This document shows, piece by piece, positions 45,688 through 60,600 of a stretch of 64,000 nucleotides of DNA (position 1 is the first letter of the stretch; each line of letters starts with the position of its first letter). The translations under genes and the position numbers were made by a program. The notes below the pieces were generated by a model. The model saw only the letters and a list, made by a program, of their open reading frames with translations, had not been told where the DNA came from and did not search any database. The stretch comes from Argopecten irradians (Eukaryota): positions 61,118,902-61,182,901 of the forward strand of contig NC_091134.1 in NCBI RefSeq assembly GCF_041381155.1, written 5' to 3'.

Positions 45688-48600
45688 AGATGTATGACAT
45701 ACTGACTGACCAGTATATAGATGTTAGATGACCTTGTCAAGTATGACACACTGACTGGTCAGTATATAGATGTTATGTGACCTTGTAAAGTATGACATAC
45801 TGACTGACCAGTATATAGATGTTAGATGACCTTGTAAAGTATGACATACTGACTGGCCAGTATATAGATGTTAGATGACCTTGTCAAGTATGACATACTG
45901 ACTGACCAGTATATAGATGTTAGATGACCTTGTCAAGTATGACATACTGACTGGCCAGTATATAGATGTTATGTGACCTTGTCAAGTATGACATACTGAC
46001 TGGTCAGTATATAGATGTTAGATGACCTTGTAAAGTATGACATACTGACTGGCCAGTATATAGATGTTAGATGACCTTGTCAAGTATGACATACTGACTG
46101 GCCAGTATATAGATGTTATGTGACCTTGTCAAGTATGACATACTGACTGACCAGTATATAGATGTTATGTGACCTTGTCAAGTATGACATACTGACTGGC
46201 CAGTATATAGATGTTATGTGACCTTGTCAAGTATGACATACTGACTGGCCAGTATATAGATGTTATGTGACCTTGTCAAGTATGACATACTGACTGGCCA
46301 GTATATAGATGTTATGTGACCTTGTCAAGTATGACATACTGACTGGCCAGTATATAGATGTTATGTGACCTTGTCAAGTATGACATACTGACTGGCCAGT
46401 ATATAGATGTTATGTGACCTTGTCAAGTATGACATACTGACTGGCCAGTATATAGATGTTATGTGACCTTGTCAAGTATGACATACTGACTGGCCAGTAT
46501 ATAGATGTTATGTGACCTTGTCAAGTATGACATACTGACTGGCCAGTATATAGATGTTATGTGACCTTGTCAAGTATTACATACTGACTGGCCAGTATAT
46601 AGATGTTATGTGACCTTGTCAAGTATGACATACTGACTGGCCAGTATATAGATGTTATGTGACCTTGTCAAGTATGACATACTGACTGGCCAGTATATAG
46701 ATGTTATGTGACCTTGTCAAGTATGACATACTGACTGGCCAGTATATAGATGTTATGTGACCTTGTCAAGTATGACATACTGACTGGCCAGTATATAGAT
46801 GTTATGTGACCTTGTCAAGTATGACATACTGACTGGCCAGTATATAGATGTTATGTGACCTTGTCATGTATGACATACTGACTGGCCAGTATATAGATGT
46901 TATGTGACCTTGTCAAGTATGACATACTGACTGGCCAGTATATAGATGTTATGTGACCTTGTCAAGTATGACATACTGACTGGCCAGTATATAGATGTTA
47001 TGTGACCTTGTCAAGTATGACATACTGACTGGCCAGTATATAGATGTTATGTGACCTTGTCATGTATGACATACTGACTGGCCAGTATATAGATGTTATG
47101 TGACCTTGTCAAGTATGACATACTGACTGGCCAGTATATAGATGTTATGTGACCTTGTCAAGTATGACATACTGACTGGCCAGTATATAGATGTTATGTG
47201 ACCTTGTCATGTATGACATACTGACTGGCCAGTATATAGATGTTATGTGACCTTGTCATGTATGACATACTGACTGGCCAGTATATAGATGTTATGTGAC
47301 CTTGTCAAGTATGACATACTGACTGGCCAGTATATAGATGTTATGTGACCTTGTCATGTATGACATACTGACTGGCCAGTATATAGATGTTATGTGACCT
47401 TGTCAAGTATGACATACTGACTGGCCAGTATATAGATGTTATGTGACCTTGTCAAGTATGACATACTGACTGGCCAGTATATAGATGTTATGTGACCTTG
47501 TCAAGTATTACATACTGACTGGCCAGTATATAGATGTTATGTGACCTTGTCAAGTATGACATACTGACTGGCCAGTATATAGATGTTATGTGACCTTGTC
47601 AAGTATGACATACTGACTGGCCAGTATATAGATGTTATGTGACCTTGTCATGTATGACATACTGACTGGCCAGTATATAGATGTTATGTGACCTTGTCAA
47701 GTATGACATACTGACTGGCCAGTATATAGATGTTATGTGACCTTGTCAAGTATGACATACTGACTGGCCAGTATATAGATGTTATGTGACCTTGTCAAGT
47801 ATGACATACTGACTGGCCAGTATATAGATGTTATGTGACCTTGTCAAGTATGACATACTGACTGGCCAGTATATAGATGTTATGTGACCTTGTCAAGTAT
47901 GACATACTGACTGGCCAGTATATAGATGTTATGTGACCTTGTCAAGTATGACATACTGACTGGCCAGTATATAGATGTTATGTGACCTTGTCATGTATGA
48001 CATACTGACTGGCCAGTATATAGATGTTATGTGACCTTGTCATGTATGACACACTGACTGGCCAGTATATAGATGTTATGTGACCTTGTCATGTATGACA
48101 TACTGACTGGCCAGTATATAGATGTTATGTGACCTTGTCATGTATGACATACTGACTGGCCAGTATATAGATGTTATGTGACCTTGTCAAGTATGACATA
48201 CTGACTGGCCAGTATATAGATGTTATGTGACCTTGTCATGTATGACACACTGACTGGCCAGTATATAGATGTTATGTGACCTTGTCAAGTATGACATACT
48301 GACTGGCCAGTATATAGATGTTATGTGACCTTGTCATGTATGACATACTGACTGGCCAGTATATAGATGTTATGTGACCTTGTCAAGTATTACATACTGA
48401 CTGGCCAGTATATAGATGTTATGTGACCTTGTCAAGTATGACATACTGACTGGCCAGTATATAGATGTTATGTGACCTTGTCAAGTATGACATACTGACT
48501 GGCCAGTATATAGATGTTATGTGACCTTGTCAAGTATGACATACTGACTGGCCAGTATATAGATGTTATGTGACCTTGTCAAGTATGACATACTGACTGA

Positions 48601-51600
48601 CCAGTATATAGATGTTATGTGACCTTGTCATGTATGACATACTGACTGGCCAGTATATAGATGTTATGTGACCTTGTCATGTATGACATACTGACTGGCC
48701 AGTATATAGATGTTATGTGACCTTGTCATGTATTACATACTGACTGGCCAGTATATAGATGTTATGTGACCTTGTCATGTATGATATACTGACTTGCCAG
48801 TATATAGATGTTATGTGACCTTGTAAAGTATGACATACTGACTGGCCAGTATATATAGATGTTATGTGACCTTGTCAAGTATGACATACTGACTGGCCAG
48901 TATATAGATGTTATGTGACCTTGTCAAGTATGACATACTGACTGGCCAGTATATAGATGTTATGTGACCTTGTCAAGTATGACATACTGACTGGCCAGTA
49001 TATAGATGTTATGTGACCTTGTCATGTATGACATACTGACTGGCCAGTATATAGATGTTATGTGACCTTGTCAAGTATGACATACTGACTGGCCAGTATA
49101 TAGATGTTATGTGACCTTGTCAAGTATGACATACTGACTGGCCAGTATATAGATGTTATGTGACCTTGTCAAGTATGACATACTGACTGGCCAGTATATA
49201 GATGTTATGTGACCTTGTCAAGTATGACATACTGACTGGCCAGTATATAGATGTTATGTGACCTTGTCATGTATGACATACTGACTGGCCAGTATATAGA
49301 TGTTATGTGACCTTGTCATGTATGACATACTGACTGGCCAGTATATAGATGTTATGTGACCTTGTCAAGTATGACATACTGACTGGCCAGTATATAGATG
49401 TTATGTGACCTTGTCAAGTATGACATACTGACTGGCCAGTATATAGATGTTATGTGACCTTGTCATGTATGACATACTGACTGGCCAGTATATAGATGTT
49501 ATGTGACCTTGTCAAGTATGACATACTGACTGGCCAGTATATAGATGTTATGTGACCTTGTCAAGTATGACATACTGACTGGCCAGTATATAGATGTTAT
49601 GTGACCTTGTCAATGTATGACATACTGACTGGCCAGTATATAGATGTTATGTGACCTTGTCATGTATGACATACTGACTTGCCAGTATATAGATGTTATG
49701 TGACCTTGTAAAGTATGACATACTGACTTGCCAGTATATAGATGTTATGTGACCTTGTCATGTATGACATACTGACTGGCCAGTATATAGATGTTATGTG
49801 ACCTTGTCATGTATGACATACTGACTGGCCAGTATATAGATGTTATGTGACCTTGTCAAGTATGACATACTGACTGGCCAGTATATAGATGTTATGTGAC
49901 CTTGTCAAGTATGATATACTGACTGGCCAGTATATAGATGTTATGTGACCTTGTCAAGTATGACATACTGACTGGCCAGTATATAGATGTTATGTGACCT
50001 TGTCATGTATGACACACTGACTGGCCAGTATATAGATGTTATGTGACCTTGTCATGTATGACATACTGACTGGCCAGTATATAGATGTTATGTGACCTTG
50101 TCAAGTATGACATACTGACTGGTCAGTATATAGATGTTATGTGACCTTGTCATGTATGACATACTGACTGGTCAGTATATAGATGTTATGTGACCTTGTC
50201 ATGTATGACATACTGACTGGTCAGTATATAGATGTTATGTGATCCTTGTCATGTATGACACACTGACTGGTCAGTATATAGATGTTATGTGATCCTTGTC
50301 ATGTATGACATACTGACTGGTCAGTATATAGATGTTATGTGACCTTGTCATGTATGACATACTGACTGGTCAGTATATAGATGTTATGTGACCTTGTCAT
50401 GTATGACATACTGACTGGTCAGTATATAGATGTTATGTGACCTTGTCATGTATGACATACTGACTGGTCAGTATATAGATGTTATGTGACCTTGTCATGT
50501 ATGACATACTGACTGGTCAGTATATAGATGTTATGTGACCTTGTCATGTATGACACACTGACTGGTCAGTATATAGATGTTATGTGACCTTGTCATGTAT
50601 GACATACTGACTGGTCAGTATATAGATGTTATGTGACCTTGTCAAGTATGACATACTGACTGGTCCAGTATATAGATGTTATGTGATCCTTGTCATGTAT
50701 GACATACTGACTGGCCAGTATATAGATGTTATGTGACCTTGTCAAGTATGACATACTGACTGGCCAGTATATAGATGTTATGTGACCTTGTCAAGTATGA
50801 CATACTGACTGGCCAGTATATAGATGTTATGTGACCTTGTCATGTATGACATACTGACTGGCCAGTATATAGATGTTATGTGACCTTGTCATGTATGACA
50901 TACTGACTGGCCAGTATATAGATGTTATGTGACCTTGTCAAGTATGACATACTGACTGGCCAGTATATAGATGTTATGTGACCTTGTCATGTATGACATA
51001 CTGACTGGCCAGTATATAGATGTTATGTGACCTTGTCAAGTATGACATACTGACTGACCAGTATATAGATGTTATGTGACCTTGTCAAGTATTACATACT
51101 GACTGGCCAGTATATAGATGTTATGTGATCCTTGTCATGTATGACACACTGACTGGCCAGTATATAGATGTTATGTGACCTTGTCATGTATGACATACTG
51201 ACTGGCCAGTATATAGATGTTATGTGACCTTGTCATGTATGACATACTGACTGGTCAGTATATAGATGTTATGTGACCTTGTCATGTATGATATACTGAC
51301 TTGCCAGTATATAGATGTTATGTGACCTTGTCAAGTATGACATACTGACTGGTCAGTATATAGATGTTATGTGACCTTGTCATGTATGACATACTGACTG
51401 ACCAGTATATAGATGTTATGTGACCTTGTCAAGTATGACATACTGACTGGCCAGTATATAGATGTATGTGACCTTGTCAAGTATGACATACTGACTGGCC
51501 AGTATATAGATGTTATGTGACCTTGTCAAGTATGACATACTGACTGGCCAGTATATAGATGTTATGTGACCTTGTCAAGTATGACATACTGACTGGCCAG

Positions 51601-54600
51601 TATATAGATGTTACCTGTGTCCTTGTCATGTTATGTGACTTGTCAAGTATACATACTGACTGGCCAGTATATAGATGTTATGTGACCTTGTCAAGTATGA
51701 CATACTGACTGGCCAGTATATAGATGTTATGTGACCTTGTCAAGTATGACATACTGACTGGCCAGTATATAGATGTTATGTGACCTTGTCAAGTATGACA
51801 TACTGACTGGCCAGTATATAGATGTTATGTGACCTTGTCATGTATGACATACTGACTGGCCAGTATATAGATGTTATGTGACCTTGTCAAGTATGACATA
51901 CTGACTGGCCAGTATATAGATGTTATGTGACCTTGTCATGTATGACATACTGACTGGTCAGTATATAGATGTTATGTGACCTTGTCAAGTATGACATACT
52001 GACTGGCCAGTATATAGATGTTATGTGACCTTGTCAAGTATGACATACTGACTGGCCAGTATATAGATGTTATGTGATCCTTGTCATGTATGACACACTG
52101 ACTGGTCAGTATATAGATGTTATGTGACCTTGTCAAGTATGACATACTGACTGGTCAGTATATAGATGTTATGTGACCTTGTCATGTATGACACACTGAC
52201 TGGCCAGTATATAGATGTTATGTGACCTTGTCATGTATGATATACTGACTTGCCAGTATATAGATGTTATGTGACCTTGTCAAGTATGACATACTGACTG
52301 GCCAGTATATAGATGTTATGTGACCTTGTCATGTATGACATACTGACTGGCCAGTATATATAGATGTTATGTGACCTTGTCAAGTATGACATACTGACTG
52401 GCCAGTATATAGATGTTATGTGACCTTGTCATGTATGACATACTGACTGGCCAGTATATAGATGTTATGTGACCTTGTCAAGTATGACATACTGACTGGC
52501 CAGTATATAGATGTTATGTGACCTTGTCATGTATGACATACTGACTGGCCAGTATATAGATGTTATGTGACCTTGTCAAGTATGACATACTGACTGGCCA
52601 GTATATAGATGTTATGTGACCTTGTCATGTATGACATACTGACTGGCCAGTATATAGATGTTATGTGACCTTGTCATGTATGACATACTGACTGGTCAGT
52701 ATATAGATGTTATGTGACCTTGTCAAGTATGACATACTGACTGGCCAGTATATAGATGTTATGTGACCTTGTCAAGTATGACATACTGACTGGCCAGTAT
52801 ATAGATGTTATGTGACCTTGTCAAGTATGACATACTGACTGGCCAGTATATAGATGTTATGTGACCTTGTCAGTATGACATACTGACTGGCCAGTATATA
52901 GATGTTATGTGACCTTGTCAATGTATGACATACTGACTGGCCAGTATATAGATGTTATGTGACCTTGTCAAGTATGACATACTGACTGGCCAGTATATAG
53001 ATGTTATGTGACCTTGTCAAGTATGACATACTGACTGGCCAGTATATAGATGTTATGTGACCTTGTCAGTATGACATACTGACTGGCCAGTATATAGATG
53101 TTATGTGACCTTGTCAAGTATGACATACTGACTGGCCAGTATATAGATGTTATGTGACCTTGTCAAGTATGACATACTGACTGGCCAGTATATAGATGTT
53201 ATGTGACCTTGTCAAGTATGACATACTGACTGGCCAGTATATAGATGTTATGTGACCTTGTCAAGTATGACATACTGACTGGCCAGTATATAGATGTTAT
53301 GTGACCTTGTCAAGTATGACATACTGACTGGCCAGTATATAGATGTTATGTGACCTTGTCAAGTATACATACTGACTGGCCAGTATATAGATGTTATGTG
53401 ACCTTGTCAGTATGACAACTGACTGCCAGTATATAGATGTTATGTGACCTTGTCAAGTATGACATACTGACTGACCAGTATATAGATGTTATGTGACCTT
53501 GTCAAGTATTACATACTGACTGGCCAGTATATAGATGTTATGTGATCCTTGTCATGTATGACACACTGACTGGCCAGAATATAGATGTTATGTGACCTTG
53601 TCATGTATGACACACTGACTGGCCAGTATATAGATGTTATGTGATCCTTGTCATGTATGACACACTGACTGGCCAGTATATAGATGTTATGTGACCTTGT
53701 CATGTATGACACACTGACTGGCCAGTATATAGATGTTATGTGACCTTGTCATGTATGATATACTGACTTGCCAGTATATAGATGTTATGTGACCTTGTCA
53801 TGTATGACATACTGACTGGCCAGTATATAGATGTTATGTGACCTTGTCAAGTATGACATACTGACTGGTCAGTATATAGATGTTATGTGACCTTGTCAAG
53901 TATTACATACTGACTGGCCAGTATATAGATGTTATGTGATCCTTGTCATGTATGACATACTGACTGGTCAGTATATAGATGTTATGTGACCTTGTCAAGT
54001 ATGACATACTGACTGGCCAGTATATAGATGTTATGTGACCTTGTCATGTATGATATACTGACTTGCCAGTATATAGATGTTATGTGACCTTGTCAAGTAT
54101 GACATACTGACTGGTCAGTATATAGATGTTATGTGACCTTGTCATGTATGACATACTGACTGGTCAGTATATAGATGTTATGTGATCCTTGTCATGTATG
54201 ACACACTGACTGGTCAGTATATAGATGTTATGTGACCTTGTCATGTATGACATACTGACTGGTCAGTATATAGATGTTATGTGACCTTGTCATGTATGAC
54301 ATACTGACTGGTCAGTATATAGATGTTATGTGATCCTTGTCATGTATGACACACTGACTGGTCAGTATATAGATGTTATGTGACCTTGTCAAGTATTACA
54401 TACTGACTGGTCAGTATATAGATGTTATGTGACCTTGTCAAGTATGACATACTGACTGGCCAGTATATAGATGTTATGTGACCTTGTCAAGTATGACATA
54501 CTGACTGGCCAGTATATAGATGTTATGTGTGACCTTGTCAAGTATGACATACTGACTGGCCAGTATATAGATGTTATGTGACCTTGTCAAGTATGACATA

Positions 54601-57600
54601 CTGACTGGCCAGTATATAGATGTTATGTGACCTTGTCAATGTATGACATACTGACTGGCCAGTATATAGATGTTATGTGACCTTGTCAAGTATGACATAC
54701 TGACTGGCCAGTATATAGATGTTATGTGACCTTGTCATGTATGACATACTGACTGGCCAGTATATAGATGTTATGTGACCTTGTCAAGTATGACATACTG
54801 ACTGGCCAGTATATAGATGTTATGTGACCTTGTCAGTATGACATACTGACTGGCCAGTATATAGATGTTATGTGACCTTGTCATGTATGACACACTGACT
54901 TGCCAGTATATAGATGTTATGTGACCTTGTCAAGTATGACATACTGACTGGCCAGTATATAGATGTTATGTGACCTTGTCAAGTATGACATACTGACTGG
55001 CCAGTATATAGATGTTATGTGACCTTGTCAAGTATGACATACTGACTGGCCAGTATATAGATGTTATGTGACCTTGTCATGTATGACATACTGACTGGCC
55101 AGTATATAGATGTTATGTGACCTTGTCATGTATGACATACTGACTGGCCAGTATATAGATGTTATGTGACCTTGTCATGTATGACATACTGACTGGTCAG
55201 TATATAGATGTTATGTGATCCTTGTCATGTATGATATACTGACTTGCCAGTATATAGATGTTATGTGACCTTGTCAAGTATGACACACTGACTGGCCAGT
55301 ATATAGATGTTATGTGACCTTGTCATGTATGACATACTGACTGGCCAGTATATAGATGTTATGTGACCTTGTCATGTATGACATACTGACTGGCCAGTAT
55401 ATAGATGTTATGTGACCTTGTCAAGTATGACATACTGACTGGCCAGTATATAGATGTTATGTGACCTTGTCAAGTATGACATACTGACTGGCCAGTATAT
55501 AGATGTTATGTGACCTTGTCAAGTATGACATACTGACTGGCCAGTATATAGATGTTATGTGACCTTGTCATGTATGACATACTGACTGGCCAGTATATAG
55601 ATGTTATGTGACCTTGTCAAGTATGACATACTGACTGGCCAGTATATAGATGTTATGTGACCTTGTCATGTATGACATACTGACTGGCCAGTATATAGAT
55701 GTTATGTGACCTTGTCAATGTATGACATACTGACTGGTCAGTATATAGATGTTATGTGACCTTGTCATGTATGACATACTGACTGGCCAGTATATAGATG
55801 TTATGTGACCTTGTCATGTATGACATACTGACTGGCCAGTATATAGATGTTATGTGACCTTGTCAAGTATGACATACTGACTGGTCAGTATATAGATGTT
55901 ATGTGACCTTGTCAAGTATGACATACTGACTGGCCAGTATATAGATGTTATGTGACCTTGTCATGTATGACACACTGACTGGCCAGTATATAGATGTTAT
56001 GTGACCTTGTCATGTATGACATACTGACTGTCAGTATATAGATGTTATGTGACCTTGTCATGTATGACATACTGACTGGTCAGTATATAGATGTTATGTG
56101 ACCTTGTCATGTATGACATACTGACTGGCCAGTATATAGATGTTATGTGACCTTGTCATGTATGACATACTGACTGGTCAGTATATAGATGTTATGTGAC
56201 CTTGTCATGTATGACATACTGACTGGCCAGTATATAGATGTTATGTGACCTTGTCAAGTATGACATACTGACTGGCCAGTATATAGATGTTATGTGACCT
56301 TGTCATGTATGACATACTGACTGGCCAGTATATAGATGTTATGTGACCTTGTCATGTATGACATACTGACTGGCCAGTATATAGATGTTATGTGACCTTG
56401 TCAAGTATGACATACTGACTGGCCAGTATATATAGATGTTATGTGACCTTGTCATGTATGACATACTGACTGGTCAGTATATAGATGTTATGTGACCTTG
56501 TCAAGTATGACATACTGACTGGTCAGTATATAGATGTTATGTGACCTTGTCAAGTATGACATACTGACTGCCAGTATATAGATGTTATGTGACCTTGTCA
56601 TGTATGACATACTGACTGGCCAGTATATAGATGTTATGTGACCTTGTCATGTATGACATACTGACTGGCCAGTATATAGATGTTATGTGACCTTGTCATG
56701 TATGACATACTGACTGGCCAGTATATAGATGTTATGTGACCTTGTCAAGTATGACATACTGACTGGCCAGTATATAGATGTTATGTGACCTTGTCATGTA
56801 TGACATACTGACTGGTCAGTATATAGATGTTATGTGACCTTGTCATGTATGACATACTGACTGGCCAGTATATAGATGTTATGTGACCTTGTCAATGTAT
56901 GACATACTGACTGGCCAGTATATAGATGTTATGTGACCTTGTCATGTATGACATACTGACTGGCCAGTATATAGATGTTATGTGACCTTGTCATGTATGA
57001 TATACTGACTGGCCAGTATATAGATGTTATGTGACCTTGTCAAGTATGACATACTGACTGGCCAGTATATAGATGTTATGTGACCTTGTCATGTATGACA
57101 TACTGACTGGCCAGTATATAGATGTTATGTGACCTTGTCATGTATGACATACTGACTGGCCAGTATATAGATGTTATGTGACCTTGTCAAGTATGACATA
57201 CTGACTGGCCAGTATATAGATGTTATGTGACCTTGTCAAGTATGATATACTGACTGACTGCCAGTATATAGATGTTATGTGACCTTGTCATGTATGACAT
57301 ACTGACTGGCCAGTATATAGATGTTTATGTGACCTTGTAGTATGTATGATACTGACTGAAAACTGACTGGCCAGTATATAGATGTTATGTGACCTTGTCA
57401 TGTATGACATACTGACTGGCCAGTATATAGATGTTATGTGACCTTGTCAAGTATGACATACTGACTGGCCAGTATATAGATGTTATGTGACCTTGTCATG
57501 TATGACATACTGACTGGCCAGTATATAGATGTTATGTGACCTTGTCATGTATGACATACTGACTGGCCAGTATATAGATGTTATGTGACCTTGTCAAGTA

Positions 57601-60600
57601 TGACACACTGACTGGCCAGTATATAGATGTTATGTGACCTTGTCATGTATGACATACTGACTGGCCAGTATATAGATGTTATGTGACCTTGTCATGTATG
57701 ACACACTGAACTGGCCAGTATATAGATGTTATGTGACCTTGTCAAGTATGACATACTGAACTGGCCAGTAATATAGATGTTATGTGACCTTGTCATGTAT
57801 GACACATACTGACTGGCAGTATATAGATGTTATGTGACCTTGTCAAGTATGACATACTGACTGCCAGTTATATAGATGTTAATGTGACCTTGTATACCTA
57901 TGACATACTGAGACTGGCCAGTATATAGATGTTATGTGACCTTTGTCAAGTATGACATACTGACTGGTCAGTATATAGATGTTATGTGACCTTGTCATGT
58001 ATGACATTACTGACTGGCTCAGTATATAGATGTTATGTGACCTTGTCAAGTATGACTTATACTGACTGACCAGTATTATAGATGTTATGTGACCTTTGTC
58101 ATGTATGACATACTGACTGGCCAGTATATAGATGTTATGTGACCTACTGTCAGGTATACATACTGCCCACCTGGCCAGTATATAGATGTTTATGTGACCT
58201 TGTAGATGTTATGTGATGACATACTGACTGGCCAGTATATAGATGTTATGTGACCTTGTCATGTATGACATACTGACTTGGCCAGTATATAGATGTTATG
58301 TGACCTTGTGCAAGTATGACATACTGAGATGGCCAGTATATAGTATATGTTATGTATGACCTTGTCATAGTATGACATACCACTGATGTTATGGCCAGTA
58401 AATGTATCGATGTTATTGACCTTGTCATGTATGACATACTGACTGGCCAGTATATAATGTTATGTGACCTTGTCAGTTATGACATACTGAGCTGGCCAGT
58501 ATATAGATGTTATGTGAAAAACCTTGTCCAAGTATGACATACTGACTGGCCAGTATATAGATGTTATGTGGACCTTGTCCTGTATATGACATACTGACTC
58601 CCCAGTATATATGTTATGATGTTACCCCACACTGACTGGCCAGTATATAGATGTTATGTCATATATGACTTACCCCACTTCCCCAGTATAGATGTTATGT
58701 GACCTTGTCATGTAGGTGACACACTGACTGGCCAGTATATAGATGTTATGTGACCTTTCAAGTATTACATTACTGACTGGCCAGTAATATATGTTAATGT
58801 ACCTTGTCAAGTATTACATAGCTGAACAGGCCAGTGATGTTATGGACCTAGTCAATGTTACAAACACTCCCCAGTGTATAGATCGATGTGACCCAGTATG
58901 ACCACTGACCCCCAGTATATAGGTGTTATGTGACCTTGTCATGTATATAACACACTGACTGACCAGTATATATGATGTTATGTGATATTTTCCAGTATGA
59001 CCCTGACTCCCCCCTGTATATAGATGTTATGTGACTTCCCTTGTCCAGTATACTACATACTGACTTCCACTCCCCAGTATATAGATGTTATGTGACCTTG
59101 TCAAGTATGACATACTGACTCCCCAGTATATAGATGTTATGTGACCTCCCCAGTAGTATGAGATGGTTAACCCACTCCCCAGTATATAGATGTTATGTGA
59201 CCTCCCCATGTATGGGTGTTACCCACTCCCCAGTATATAGATGTTATGACCTTGTCAATGTATTACATACCGACTCCCCAGTATATAGATGTTATGTGAC
59301 CTTGTCCCCACTGACTTGGGCCAGTATATAGGTGTTGTGACCTTGTCCAAGTATAGGTGTTACCCCACTTGACTCCCCAGTATATAGGTGTTATGTACCT
59401 TGTCCTCAGTAACATACTGGTGTTTACCCAGTATATAGATGTATATGTGACCCTTGTACCCCAAGTATACATACTGACACACCCCAGGTATATAGATGTT
59501 ATGTGACCTTTTGTCATGTATGACATTCCTGACTCCCCCCAGTATATAGATGTTACCCCACCTCCCCAGTATGACATACTGACTGGTTATCCCCCAAGGG
59601 GTATATAGATGTTTATGTCCACTCCCCAGTATAGTATGACATACTCCCACTGGCCAGTATATAGATGTTATAGTGATCCTTGTCATGTATATGACACACC
59701 CCACTCCCCAGTATATAGATGTTATACCCCACTGTCCCAGTATATAGATGTTACTGACTCCCCAGTATATAGATGTTATGTGACCTTGTCAATGTATGAC
59801 ATACTGCTCTGCCTCCCTGTATAGATGTATATGTGTTACGCCACACTTGTCAGTATATAGAGGTGTTACTCCCCCACTCCCCAGTATATAGGTGTTATGT
59901 TACCCATGGTATAGACACTGACCCAGTATATAGATGTTATGTGAACACTTGTCATGTATATTGGTGTTACTGACTCCCCAGTATATAGGATGTTATGTGG
60001 ACCTTGTTCCAGTATATGTCGTTACCCTGACTCCCCAGTATATAGGTGTTATGTGACCTTGTTCAAGTATGTTACCCTGGACTGGCCAGTATATAGGTGT
60101 TATGTGACCTCCCCAAGTATAAGGTGTTGACCCCACTCCCCAGTAATATGTGCTGAACTTGTCATGTTATGACTTTTACCCCTGACTCCCCAGTATATAG
60201 ATGTTACCCCATGACCTTGTCCCTATATATGTTACCCCACTCCCCAGTATAGTAGTGTGTTACCCATGTATGACACTCCCCAGTATATATATGGTGTTAC
60301 CACTGACTGGCCCAGTATGATACAGTGTTACCCACCACTCCCCATGTATGATAGGTGACTGGCCACTCCCATAGTATCATAGGTATGTTACCATGACCAC
60401 TCCCCATACTGAATGGCATGTTAGTATGTTACTTGACCCAGTATATAGATGTTACCCCACTCCCCTGTAAATAGATGTTACCCCACTCGCCATATATAGA
60501 AAATACTCCACTCCCAGTATATAGATGTTTATGTCCCCCACTCCCCAGTATGACACCTGTGACTCCCCAGTATATATAGATGTTACCCCACCTTCCCAAG

